DNA of 64,000 nucleotides from Clostridiales bacterium (GTDB lineage Bacteria; Bacillota; Clostridia; Oscillospirales; Oscillospiraceae): NCBI GenBank assembly GCA_004555705.1, contig SFHI01000001.1, positions 131 to 64,130 of the forward strand, read 5' to 3'. Shown piece by piece: positions 47,201 to 59,200 of this stretch (position 1 is its first letter; each line of letters starts with the position of its first letter). The notes under the pieces were generated by a model. It saw only the letters and a program-made list of their open reading frames with translations, ran no database searches and was not told where the DNA came from. The position numbers and the translations under genes were made by a program.

Positions 47201-50200
47201 TTTGCCTTCACGCTGCCGCCGGAGATGAAGGCTTCCTGTTTCGCGGAAACGGAGGCATTCACATCGCTGATCAGCAGCTTATTGCTGGAAACGCTGACCT
47301 TGGGCGCGTAAATGGTGGCAAACGCGGTGGCGGTTCCGTCGCCGATGACCTGAATGCCATCACTGCCGCTTCCAATCTTCCCAGTTGTAGTGACATCGCT
47401 GCCGGTGATGGCCGCAGTGTTGGAAGCGCCCGCATCCGCGTCCGCCTGATTCACCTGACCGCTGACAAAGCTCAAACTGACCTTGGGCTGCTCCGCGGTG
47501 GCCTCGGCCCGGGCGGTAAAGTTGCTTCTGACACTCAAGGTGGCCGAAGTGACCGTGCTCCCGTTGAACTCTGCCGCGAAGCTGCCGTCCGCATCCGCAT
47601 CTACTTTGACCGCGCCGATGTTCACAAGGCCCACATTGGCGGTAGTTGCCCCGGTGTACGCCTTGGCATAGCTTCTGGCGTCGCTGAAAATGGTAACCGC
47701 ACCACCTGTGGCGGTGATGACCGCGCCATTGGCAGAGGCTTCGCTTTCGCCAATCATCTTGGCCGTTACGGTATTGACCTTGGCGCTGTAGCCGGAAGCA
47801 CTGATGGAACCGGTGGTGGCGCTGCCCAGAACGGCAACCGCACCCTGCGCGTCACTGTCGTTGAACTTGCTGGTCACGGAAACGGTATCGGCATCGACCA
47901 CGACATGGTTCAGCTGTGCCTTCTGTTTCCCGCTGACCGTTGCGGTCAGGTCGTTGACCACAGCGTTGTACAGGTTCACCTTGGTCTGCTGCCCTACCTC
48001 GGCCAGAGCCTCCGCGGTGCCGTCCGCGAGAATGGTAATGGTCGCTGCGTTGATGGATAGATGTGAGTCTCCCTCTCCATCGCCCGCGCCGTCGGTGTCT
48101 TCCAGATTCACGCCCGCACCGGCAGTCGTGCCGCTGACTGCATTGGCAGCATTGGCTTGACCGGATACCTGGCTGACGCTCACGGAGTTGCCCGTCCTGG
48201 CGCTGGCTTTGGAGGTGTAGATACTCTGAATTCTGACCGTTCCGGCATGGATGGAGCCGGAGCTGCCGTTGGCATAAGCCTGGAACGTGCCGTTGGCATT
48301 GGCGGTCACCACGTTGACACCGATGGAAGTCATGGCAACGCTGGCGGGCAGATTCACCCGGGCGATGGCATTGCTGGCGGCTTCGGATTGGATGGCAACG
48401 ATGCCGCTCTTCACATCGATGGACGCACCGCTGGTGAAAGCACGGCTGGAAGCATCGGCAGTGGCCGTGGCGGTGTTGGAGGTCGCGCCCACCAGGGTCG
48501 CGCTGAAGCTGCCGGAGGTGACGCTGCCCAGCTCGGCGGTGGCGCCGTCGGTACGGTTCTTGTTCAGCTCGCTGGTAACATACACGTTGGCCGCCTCAAT
48601 GGTGGCGCCCTGGATATAGGCAGACTGGTCAGCCTTCAGCTCGGCGGTCACCACATTGGCCGCGATATTGATTCCGGAAATGTCCACAGTGGCCGTGGCA
48701 ACACCCGCCTGGGCAAGGACAGTACCGATGGCCAGGACATTCACATTGCCGGAAGCCGTGATGCACCCGTCGCCCTTGATGGCGGCTTCCGCAAGGGTTC
48801 CAACGCTGGCAGAGGCCACATTGGCTTTTACCTTGACAGCGCTGAGATCGCCGCAGCCGCCAAGGGCAGGGGCGGTTTTCGCGGTGGCCCGGGACTCGTA
48901 GGTATTGGAGACCAACACGCTGGCGACCTCGATGTTCCCGCCTTCGGTGTCGATAAACGCCTTGAAGCTGCCGTCAGCCTGGGCCATGATGACCGTGAGG
49001 CCCACGGACATGTAAGCCACACTGACATCCGCCTCCTGAATGCCGGGATCGGCGATGCAGTTGGCATCGGACTCCACTTTCAGAGCCTTGCCGCTGGCAA
49101 GGACGCTGGCCCCGGTCATGGATGCCTCGTTCACGGAATTGTTCTTTGCGAATGCGATATTGCTGGAAATGCCGTACTTGGTAAGTGTGACCTCAACCGA
49201 CTCGCCCTTTTCGTTTTTGATGCTGACGGGTGCGGAGCTGCCAAGCCTTGCCTTGGCGCTTTCCCCTGCGCCGTCATTGAGGAAGGCCTGAACTGTGACC
49301 GCCGCATCGTTGACGGTTACACCATCCAGCTGAGCCTTGTTGGAGGCATCCAGCAGAGCCACTGCCACATTGGCCGCCACATCCACCTTGCTGACTGTGA
49401 AAGCGGGGGTGTAGATAACGGCTTCGGAAAGGGTCGTTCCGTCGGCCTTGACGGTTACCGTTCCGGTGGAGATGGTTCCGCCGCCATAAATACTGGCGCA
49501 GGCACTGGAGCTTGCGTTGCTGACCGCCACGTTTGCGTTGATGCTTGCCATGGCACCCTTGACGCCTCCCAAACTGGGGGTGAGACGGGTGGTGGCATTG
49601 GCGGTATAGCTGGTCTCTACGCTCACACTGTCCGCCGTAAGGCTGTCGCCCTCGTCCAGGCCCAAGTAAGCCTCAAAAGCACCCTGCGCATAGGCATAGC
49701 CGGTCATCAGTCCCGCGGAAATCGCCGCGAAGTCCTGATTGGAGATGCTTGACAGCGTATTGGCGCTGCCGGTGGAGAGCACCTTCACACTACCGGGAAC
49801 CTTGACTTCATTCTCAATCAGGCCGGTTACCGTGAGTGCGTCCGCAGCCACACCGGCAACGGAGCCGGAGCGGCCGTAGGCCACTGCCACATTTGCCCTC
49901 ACGCTTTCCATTCCGCCGCCTCCGGTGAGAAGCGACGCCTTGGCGCTGTCACCGCCGGCGCCATTGAGCAGGCTCTGTACGGTGAGGGTGCCTGTGGTGA
50001 TTTTGCCGCCCTGGATCGTGGCTTCCTGGGTGCTGCGGAGCACTGCCACCGCAGCACTTGCCGCGATGGTTTTACTGAGGCCAATGCTCATGCCGGCCAC
50101 AGACGCTTCCGCGGTGGCCTCACCCACTGCCTGCACCAGAAGCGCGGATTTCACAGTGAGAAGCGTGGAATCATTGCCAAGGATGCGGGCAATGTTGGAG

Positions 50201-53200
50201 CTGCAGTTGTCGGCAATGGCAACATTCAGGGTACCGGTGGAAGCGCCAATGTTGTTGCTGACCGACACTGCCTTGACCGTCGCGCTGTTGCCGCTTTCTT
50301 CCTTGCCGGCGGTAACGCTGATGCTGGCAGCCTCCACCTCCACGCCGGTGGCGTCCAGGATGGCGCTGTTCTTTGCGCCCAGCCGTGCGTAGCTCACGCT
50401 GACGCCCACAGGGACAGCACCCGCGTTCGCGCCGCTGAAAATCGTCTCCGCATGCGCATCCATTTTCGCATCCACATCGATGGAGGATGCGACGATGTTC
50501 TTGCGGATAATGCCTGCCACCGCGTCGGTGTCATTAAAGCTCAGGAGCACATTCGTGCCTACGCCCGCAATGCCGCCATTGGCGCTGAGGATCAGGGGAG
50601 CAGCGCTGCTGGTTACATCATTCTTAACCTCAATAACCGCGCTTTCCGCGGCGATCTTGCCGGTGCCGCTGGCTGTCTCTTCAGAATCAGGAGCCAGGCC
50701 GATGTAGGTATAGACCTTCGGGCTCACAATGGTGACCGCGCCCGCAACGCCTACGCCCGCGACACCGCCCGTGACACTGGTGAGCCATGCATTGGCTTCC
50801 GTATTGGAGGTACCGGTTACCGTGAGCTTCGTCAGTGCGCTGCCGATGGAAACATCCTTGCCCACATAGGTATCGGCCTGAATGCGGCTCTCCACAACAG
50901 CCACACCCGCGTTGACTGCCGCCACGCCGCCGGAGACCGCGATGGACGCAGCCGTGGCTTCGGTGTTGGCATTTGTTTTGACCTCAATGGTCTTTACGCC
51001 GTTGATGCTGCCGTTCCCCGCGATACGGGCTTCCACCTTGCCTTCATGGTAAATGACCGCAAAGAAGCCGTTGACCGCGGCCACACCGCCGGAGCCCGCA
51101 CCGGTAACACAGAGGATGCTGGGGTAGTCGCTGTCCGCGGTGACGCTGAGGGAGGTGGCCTTGGTCACACTTCCGTCCAGATAGGCGATGGTGTTGTTGC
51201 CAAGGACAACGACACTGCCGGACACGGACACAGCCGCCACACCGCCGGAGCCCACAACCGCGATGGACCGGATGGTGCGGGAGCTGAGGTCCAGCTTATT
51301 GCTGCCATCATTGCCCTTAACAAGACCGGAGATTGCGTTGTTCCGCTCCTGCTCGCCGCTGTCGCTGCCCTCGTCACACTCCACGGTGCCGGAGTTTGCA
51401 TGAATCTGAATCAAGCCGTCCGCGCTGAGAGAAGTGTTCTCGTCCACGCCGGCGATGACATTGCTGTACATCACGTTTACAGCCAGCGCCGAACCAACGC
51501 CCGCGATACCGCCGGCGAGGGAGGCCGCGATCATGTCGGAGGAAACCAGCTCACCGGAGCGTACATAGATGTCGCCCCCCGCCGTGATGCTGACACCGCT
51601 GCCGATCACCGCGCTGACCGCGCTCTCTGGATCATACTTGGCTGCGGCAATGGCCGCGGCTTCGCTCAGATTCTCGTTCTTCTTTTCGTTTACTTCAAAG
51701 TTTTCACCACGGTTGGCGTTGTCGGCGGTTACCTCTTCGTCGGAATAGAAGTCCTCGCTGACGTATCCGCTTTCGGCATCGAAATTGCCATCCTTGCCGC
51801 CAAGCTGGATGTCGGACTGCTTAACACCGTCGCCTTCCAGCTTGCCCGCCAGGCCATCCATCCGGTAGCCCAGGGTGTAGCTGCCGGAGAAGGCATTGCT
51901 GACAAAGCCATCCGGGTCAAAGCCACCCTTGGTATTCTTCCTGTATTCTTCCTGTTCGTCTTCACTCAGGGCATCATACTCTTCCTGCGTGAGGCGGTCT
52001 CCGCTCATGAGCAGAGCGTCGGAGGAATCCTGAGACAGCTTGCCGCCCGCAACGGTTACCATAATGGTGGTGCCGACGCCCGCCCCGGCGCTGACTGCCG
52101 CGGAACCCGCGTAGCTGAGCACATCCCGTTTCGCATCGGCCAGAACGTTCACGGTGCCACCGATATCGACATCGTTCTCTCCGGCCTCGCCGCCGATCAT
52201 ACCGGCGGTAACAGTGTTGTGCAGCACGCTGACAACTGCCGTCACGCCCACGGCTGCTGTGCCGCTGAATGCGCCGGTGGCTGCGATTGCCAGAATCTGG
52301 GTATCATCCAATGCGGAAATATCCAGCTTTTTCCCGGTGATGGACACGTTCTTCTGAGCCTGGGCACGGGTGACCTGATCGGAGATAAGGATATCCACCG
52401 TTCCGGAGACCGATGCCGCGCCGCCGACGCTGACGCCTGCCGCATCGGAAGTGATAAATTCCTCGGAATCCGCTGCCAGGGTTACATTGCCGTCTGCCTG
52501 AATCACCGCGCCTTCGCCAAATTCCGCCACGGTGCTGCCGGCAAACCAAGTGACCACCGCCACAGGGGTGACACCTGCGCTGCCGCCGGCGGCAAAGGCT
52601 GTTGCCACGTTGAGAAGATCGGTGCTGCTCCTGGCCGTCACATCCACATTGCCCCCCGCAGTCACGGTGCCGCCAAGGGTGGCAAGCAGATCATTTTCAA
52701 AGGCCAGGGCGCTTGCGCCCACGCTCACGCCCGCGGTGCCGCTGCCCGCGAAGCTCAGCGCCAGCAGGTACACATCGTCGGTAGACTCCGCCGCTGCCCT
52801 GACGCTGCCGCTTGCGTGCAGCGTTCCGCCGGCACCCACACTGGCTTCCATGGACTTGTCATAGACCACGGTCACAACCGTGGCGCCTACGCCTGCGCTG
52901 CCGCCGACAGAAATGCCGCCTGCAAGGTTATATATATCCGTCTCGTCAGAGCTTTCTATGGCAGCCTCCGCATCGTCGCCGGAAGCTTCCTCAGCTTCTT
53001 CCTCGCTGTAGCCCGCCTCTATGACACCGTTTTCTCCAACGGTGGCCTTAACGGTGTTTTTGAGTACCAGCGTGTTCACCACTCCGCTGACACCCGCGGT
53101 TCCGATGCCTGCGGCGCCGCTGACGGATGCCATCAGCACCTGGGTATCGGCGTTGGCGCTGAGGATCACGCCTCTGCGTTTTTCGCTGCGGTTGGGAAGC

Positions 53201-56200
53201 CGCACACCGCCGTTGCCCACGGCACCGGCTCTCAGGGTCACGTTATCTCCAATGGTAGTGCAAATCTGATTCTGCACAACCACGGTGGAAACCGTTGCGC
53301 CCACGCCCACGCTGCCGCCGCCGATTGCCATGTTGCCCGCGGCGTTGTAGATACCGATCTGAGCGTCACTGGCAATGGCAATGCTGTCACCGGCGAAGAC
53401 CACACTGTCATCGCCGATCTCGGTGGTGATTTTGGACTGGGAGATCACAACGGGGACGGTGCCCGCAAGGGCGGTATCGCCGGTTGCGGCACCGGCTACG
53501 GTAACCAGGATGGTTTGGTTGCTGCCGCTGGCAAGGACACTGACGTTCCTGTCCGCCGCAGTATCGGAGGCAAGCAGCTTGACGCCGCTGCCGACTCTGG
53601 CAGTGACACTCTGCTCAAACACACCCACGTTGATGGTTGCGCCTGCCGCGGGATTGGCAGCGTTGGCTGTAAGCCCCGCAATGGTGACGATCTGCTTGAC
53701 ATCGCTGCGCGCCAGCACGCTGACAGCGCCGTGCTTTGCTTCGATGACGGCATCGTCGCCCACACTGGCCTCGGTATCGCTGCTGCTGACCAGCACGCCG
53801 ATGACACCCGCCGCGCTTGTTTTGTTCAGCGAGGCGGAGGCGGAGGCCAGAACGTTGATCAGGTTTTCTTCACTTTCCGCCTGGATGGTCACGTCCTTTT
53901 CCGCGGTGATGGCCGCGCCCTCTCCTGCCTTGGCATAGGTTTTGTTGCCGGAGACGGCAGCCGCAAGGGTGCCGCCTGCCGCGGGTCCATTGCCCGCCAC
54001 GTCCACGGAGGTGGAAGCGAGGATCAGATCGGAAAGGTTCTTGGCGAGAATGCTGACGCTGCCATTTTCGGAGGTAAGGGTCACGCCATTGCCCACAGTA
54101 GCGCTGACTTCATTCCCGGTGACGATCACGTCCATCGTGCCGCCGATGGCTCCGGACTCCGAATCGATACCCGGCCCGCCGAGGACACCGGCCACGGTGA
54201 CAGCCAGCACATCGTTCTTTGCCGTGGCGCTGACGAGGATGTCCTCGCCGGCAGCGACTTTGCAGCCGTCGCCCACGCTTGCCGTGACCTTGCTTCTGTC
54301 GTCAAAGCCAGCAATGTTCACACCCACGCCTGCCGCGCTGGAGCCGCTGAGCGCGCCGCCGATCATCCGGCTGTTCACGCCACTCTCCGCTTCCACCGTT
54401 GCTTCGCCATCAAGGGTGATGACTGCGCCGTCGCCGATCTGAGCGGTGGTAATACTTTCGGCAAAGAGCATGGAGAACGCGCCTGCCGCTGCTGCCTCGG
54501 AATTCAATCCCACGGAGACAGCGCCCGCGATGGACTCCATATAGTAGTTCACGGATGCCAGATAGTTCAGCATATCCACGGCACGCATGACCATCTCGGT
54601 GCTGAGATTCACCTCGATGCTGTTGTTCTGCTCGTTGCCGTTGGCATCCTTCGTTCCGTCGCTGATATTGAGATGGATGAGGCCCTTGTTGTCGGGGCTG
54701 GTCTGATCCATGCTGCCGTCAGAAACGGTAAAGAGATTCTTGAGATCGAAGGGGAACTGGTAGTCGTCCGCGGTAACCGGCTGCTTTTCTGCCTTGACCT
54801 CCAGACTCTTTCCGGTGATGATCACGCCTTCGCCGATTTCGGCAAGATTGACGTTCTCGTCATAAATGAGGGCAAAGGATGCGCCGACCCCCACGGCGGA
54901 TGTGCCAGCGGTGATGCCGCCGGCTCTGACCGCGATTTTGGACTTTTCCACGGCGCTGACCACCACGTCGCCGCCGTTAACCACGGAGCCGTCGAGAATC
55001 TTCGCGCTGCTCTTGCCGTAGGTCTTTACCACGGACACAGCGCCCGCAATACCCACAGCTTTCCCCGCGCTGCCCATGGCACCTGCCAGGGACTGGGCTG
55101 CCAGGAGGCCTGCGAACTTTCCGTCCAGATTCTGTCTGAGAACGGCATTTGCCGCCACACCCTCGGTGCCGGTAAGCTCACCGGCGAGCTGAACATCGGC
55201 CTCATTGTGGTTGACACTGACGGCCACACCCATGGAGAGCACATTGGCATTGACCAAGGGGTTGAGGGACTTCGCAACGCTTGCGCCGGTAGCATAGGCC
55301 CGGTAGTTTGCGCCGTTTTCCACTCTGGCGTCAATGCTCTGCGCGGTGAAGCTGCCGCTGATCAGCGCCTTGGCTCTATGGGCAGTGACATTGACACCCA
55401 CAGCCGCGGCAATGTTCACAGTGGTGCCGGGGAAACGGGGCAGATCCTGAGCGGCGGCACCGGCTTCCTGCAGAGCGCTGTTCGCCGTGCTGTTGTTCAT
55501 GGTGGGATCGGCGGGCAGGTTCAGACCCAGTACGCTCAGCACCATGGTCATCAGGGGGCTGTTGCCCATGCCGCTGGCAGCCGCGCCATACTTGGACGCG
55601 GAGACATCATTGAACTTGCCCATAACCTTGTTGCTGATGATGCCGGTGGAGGGGTTGTCGGTGAAATTGGCGATGCTGAGGAAGGTTCTGATCTTCTCAA
55701 AGTACCGATCAAGGCTCGCGCCGTAGGACAGGGCGAAGGCCTGTGCCTCATCCTCGTTCAGGGTTTCCGCATCAACAATGATCCGTCCCCGTATGTCTCC
55801 CTCCCCGTCAAGCTCCGCGTTCACATCGGAAGTGGAGAGATTGACGGCAACGGATCCTCCAACCGCGGCGGTTTCGCCGCTGGAAAAACCGGAGGAGGTG
55901 GCGTAGGACTGACCGCGCTGACGGGCGTGCAGATAGAGATTGGCCTGCTCGTAGACAGTTTCACCCTTATCGTTTGTGCTGAGCACCCGTGCGGTGCTGA
56001 TGAGGTTGCCGCCGCTGAGCGTCAGGCACGCGCCCTGATTGACCGCAGCGTTGACGGTGTTCTTCACCAGGTTCAGCGCCACGGAGGCATCCACAGCGAT
56101 GTCCTTGGTGCTGGTCTGGTTCGCGGGCAGCATCTCCCCGGGGGCAGGGGTCACATAGTCGGGGAAGGACTGCTGTCTGCCGATGGGGTCCTGACCGGCT

Positions 56201-59200
56201 ACGGAGACCGTATCAATGTCGTTGTGAACAATGGCCTCTACACTGAGCGCTCCGGCAGTGACGGTTCGGTTCTCACCGACGCTGGCCTCTGCCTCCGCGT
56301 CCACATCAGCCATGGCGAAGGACGCGCCCACGCCTACACGCTTACCGGCCAGACTGCTCATCTTGTTCTTGACGGGCAGACCGTTGTCAGCGGCGGAGGA
56401 GGAAGCGGTGGTGTAGACCTTGTTGGCGGACTGGGCGTACAGCTCCAGAATACCGGTCAGTTCCACTCTGTCCTCCTCGCCGGGAGCTTCCAGTCCGGAG
56501 AGGATAGCCTGGGCATCCGCGTCGAGGATCGTCAGGGCAAAGCTGCCCGCCACGCCCACGTTGGCGGCACCTGTGCCGGAGACAGCGGAGGTGCTGATGC
56601 GGTTGCCAATATTTTCCAGTTCACTGGGGTTGCCGTATTTGGCGGTAAGCTCGGTAACGGCGGCTTCCAGAAGCAGGTCCAGGCTGACACTGGCCACCAT
56701 CTTCTTTGCTTCCAGCTCCTGACGGATGGCAGCCATGGCGGCCTGGTCATTCAGCAGGGCGTCCACAAGGAAGCTGGGGTCAAAGAGCAGCTCCGCAAGA
56801 TCGGACAGAAGGCTCTCTGCCAGAGCCACAGCCCCGGCGGAGACGGTGCCCAGAGGATCGTTTTTCATATCGGAGAGCATGATCTCAAAGATCATATTCT
56901 CCAGCATCTGCTCGTCGGTAAGCCCTTCCTCATTGCCGTGTTTGCTCTTGTACTCTTCCAGAAGCTGCTGCTTCTGCTCTTCGGTAAAGTAGTCCAGCAG
57001 GGAATCCTTATCCTCATGCTGATCCAGCAGCGCCTTGGTAAGAACGGCTCTGCCGCTTTTAACATCCGCAAGGTAGTGCAGAAGCTCGGTGAGAATCTCG
57101 TCCACCGTGCGGCGGTTTTCCGCTTCCAGGACGTCCGCGCGGATAATGAGATTGTCAGCCTTGATGGACCTCGCGCCCACATAGGCTCTGTTCTCATACT
57201 CCACATAGTTCACTGCCGCTGCCGCGCCCACACCGATGGTGCTGTCACAGGCGGTGGAGTCCGCGAAGATCACGGCGTCGGTGTCCTCAAGGCTGGTAAC
57301 GCGCACATCGCCTGTGGCCTCGATGGTCACACCGTCCGCGATAACGGCGCACGCCTTGCTGGAATGCACATTTACCGCGATGGTGGCCGCCACCTGCACG
57401 CTGCCCTCGAGGGTCTGCATACTGGGCATCTTACTCGCCAGGCCGGACGCGCGTTCCGAGGTCATGGTGCCGTTTTTGCCGGACAGGCTGTTTACATGGC
57501 CTGCCGTATTGCTCAGCGCTGCGGCGTTATTCTTGTTGATGTTCTCCGCAACGCTGTTCTGGTTCATGGACTCACTGGGCGTTGCGTAAGCGGGGTCGCC
57601 CTTGCCGGCAAGCAGACTGCCAAAGTCCTGGATGGTGATGTCCGTAGGAGCGGCGGTGCTGATCACCGGAGTCGGGTTCGCGCCCTGAGCGCTGGCGTAG
57701 ACATTCTGGCTTACACGGCTGATGGACTGTGCCGCCACACCAACGCTCTGCGCTTTTATGCTGCGGTCCAGTTCCGCCACGGCGGAGTCATCCAGAATGG
57801 TAAGACCCACTGCCGCGCCAACGCCTGCCCGGCTGCCCACTGCCTTCGCGTCGGAGATGAGCTTGCGAACGGCTTCGGTGTTTGCGGTGACAACCACATC
57901 ACCGGACATCTCGGTCACGGTACCATCCAGCTTGCCCACAATCGCCTTGGTATTTACAGAGCTTAAGCTCAGCGCCATGACCGGTGCGACGGAGACACCG
58001 CCGGTGGAACCGGCCGCGGCCTGAATATAGAAGCTTGCCTTATAGTCCGCCTCTGCCTTCAGAGAGCCAAGTCCGGTTTCGCCGAAGCGGATACCGTCTT
58101 CAATCTGGGCGATGGCATCGATGTTAATCACTTCCACCGCGATGCCCGCGCCCACGCCCGCGGAGTGTGCGGTCATCTGGAAAGCAGGAACCACGGGGAT
58201 GCTTACGCCGCCAACCTTGATGCTCTGTCTGGCGCGCTTGCCGGAGGCGTCGGCCACGGTGGTGTATCTGCCGCTGCCGGTGGAGATAACCTCCACATCG
58301 CCGCCGAGAATGTCATAGCCCGCGTCCTTGCTGAGAGCAGCGCTGTTATAGACATTGGCAACGTGCACGGTAACCGCACCGCCGATGCCCAGCTTGGTAA
58401 GGTACTGGTTGGGGGTATGGCCCGCCTTGGAAACGGCCTCGGAGGTTGCGTCCAGAGTATTGGCTCTGACGCTCAGATCCTTCGCCCGGACAGTGCCCCG
58501 GCTGACGCTGGCCTCATTGCTGTGCATAAGCACTTCGATGGCAATGGCCGCACCAACGGCGTTCCTGGGGGGAGTCTCCAGGCTGGCATAGGGGCCGTTC
58601 ACGCTGATGAGAGAGGGCGTGCGGTACAGGGAGCCGTCCGCTCTCAAATCAGAAACGCTGCTGGCGGTGGCATGGACACGAAGCGCCCCGGGAGTGGTGA
58701 CGCTCTTTGCCGTATCCACTTCCGCAAGGTTCGCATTGTCGATGTACGCGATCCCCAGAGCGCCAACGAACTGGTTTGTGGCTTCGGAGCCTGTGGACTT
58801 GGTGGCATCCTCCAGAATCTGGCTGATGCTGGTGGAACCGATGAGCACCTTGACAGCCTTGCCGAGGGCCCCATCGATGCCAAACATTTTGGCAACGAAG
58901 GAAAACCCGTTAATTGGGTTCAGCTGCTTGCTTGCCGGCAGATCGTTGAGGGGAATTGCCAGAGACACGGTGCTGGCTCTCACATCGGAGAACGCATCCA
59001 CCACCACATCGTCCATGGCCAGGACCCTGGCATTGTCATTGATGGTTGCCTTGGTGGTGCCGAACACGAAATTGCCTGCCACGAACACGCCGGTGGTGGG
59101 AGCCACGTTCCACACATTGGGGAGCTTGCCGGTGGCGTAGCTGGTGCTGTCCACAATGCTGGAGGCGAGAACCTTCACCGCTCCGGCAGAATCCATTGTG

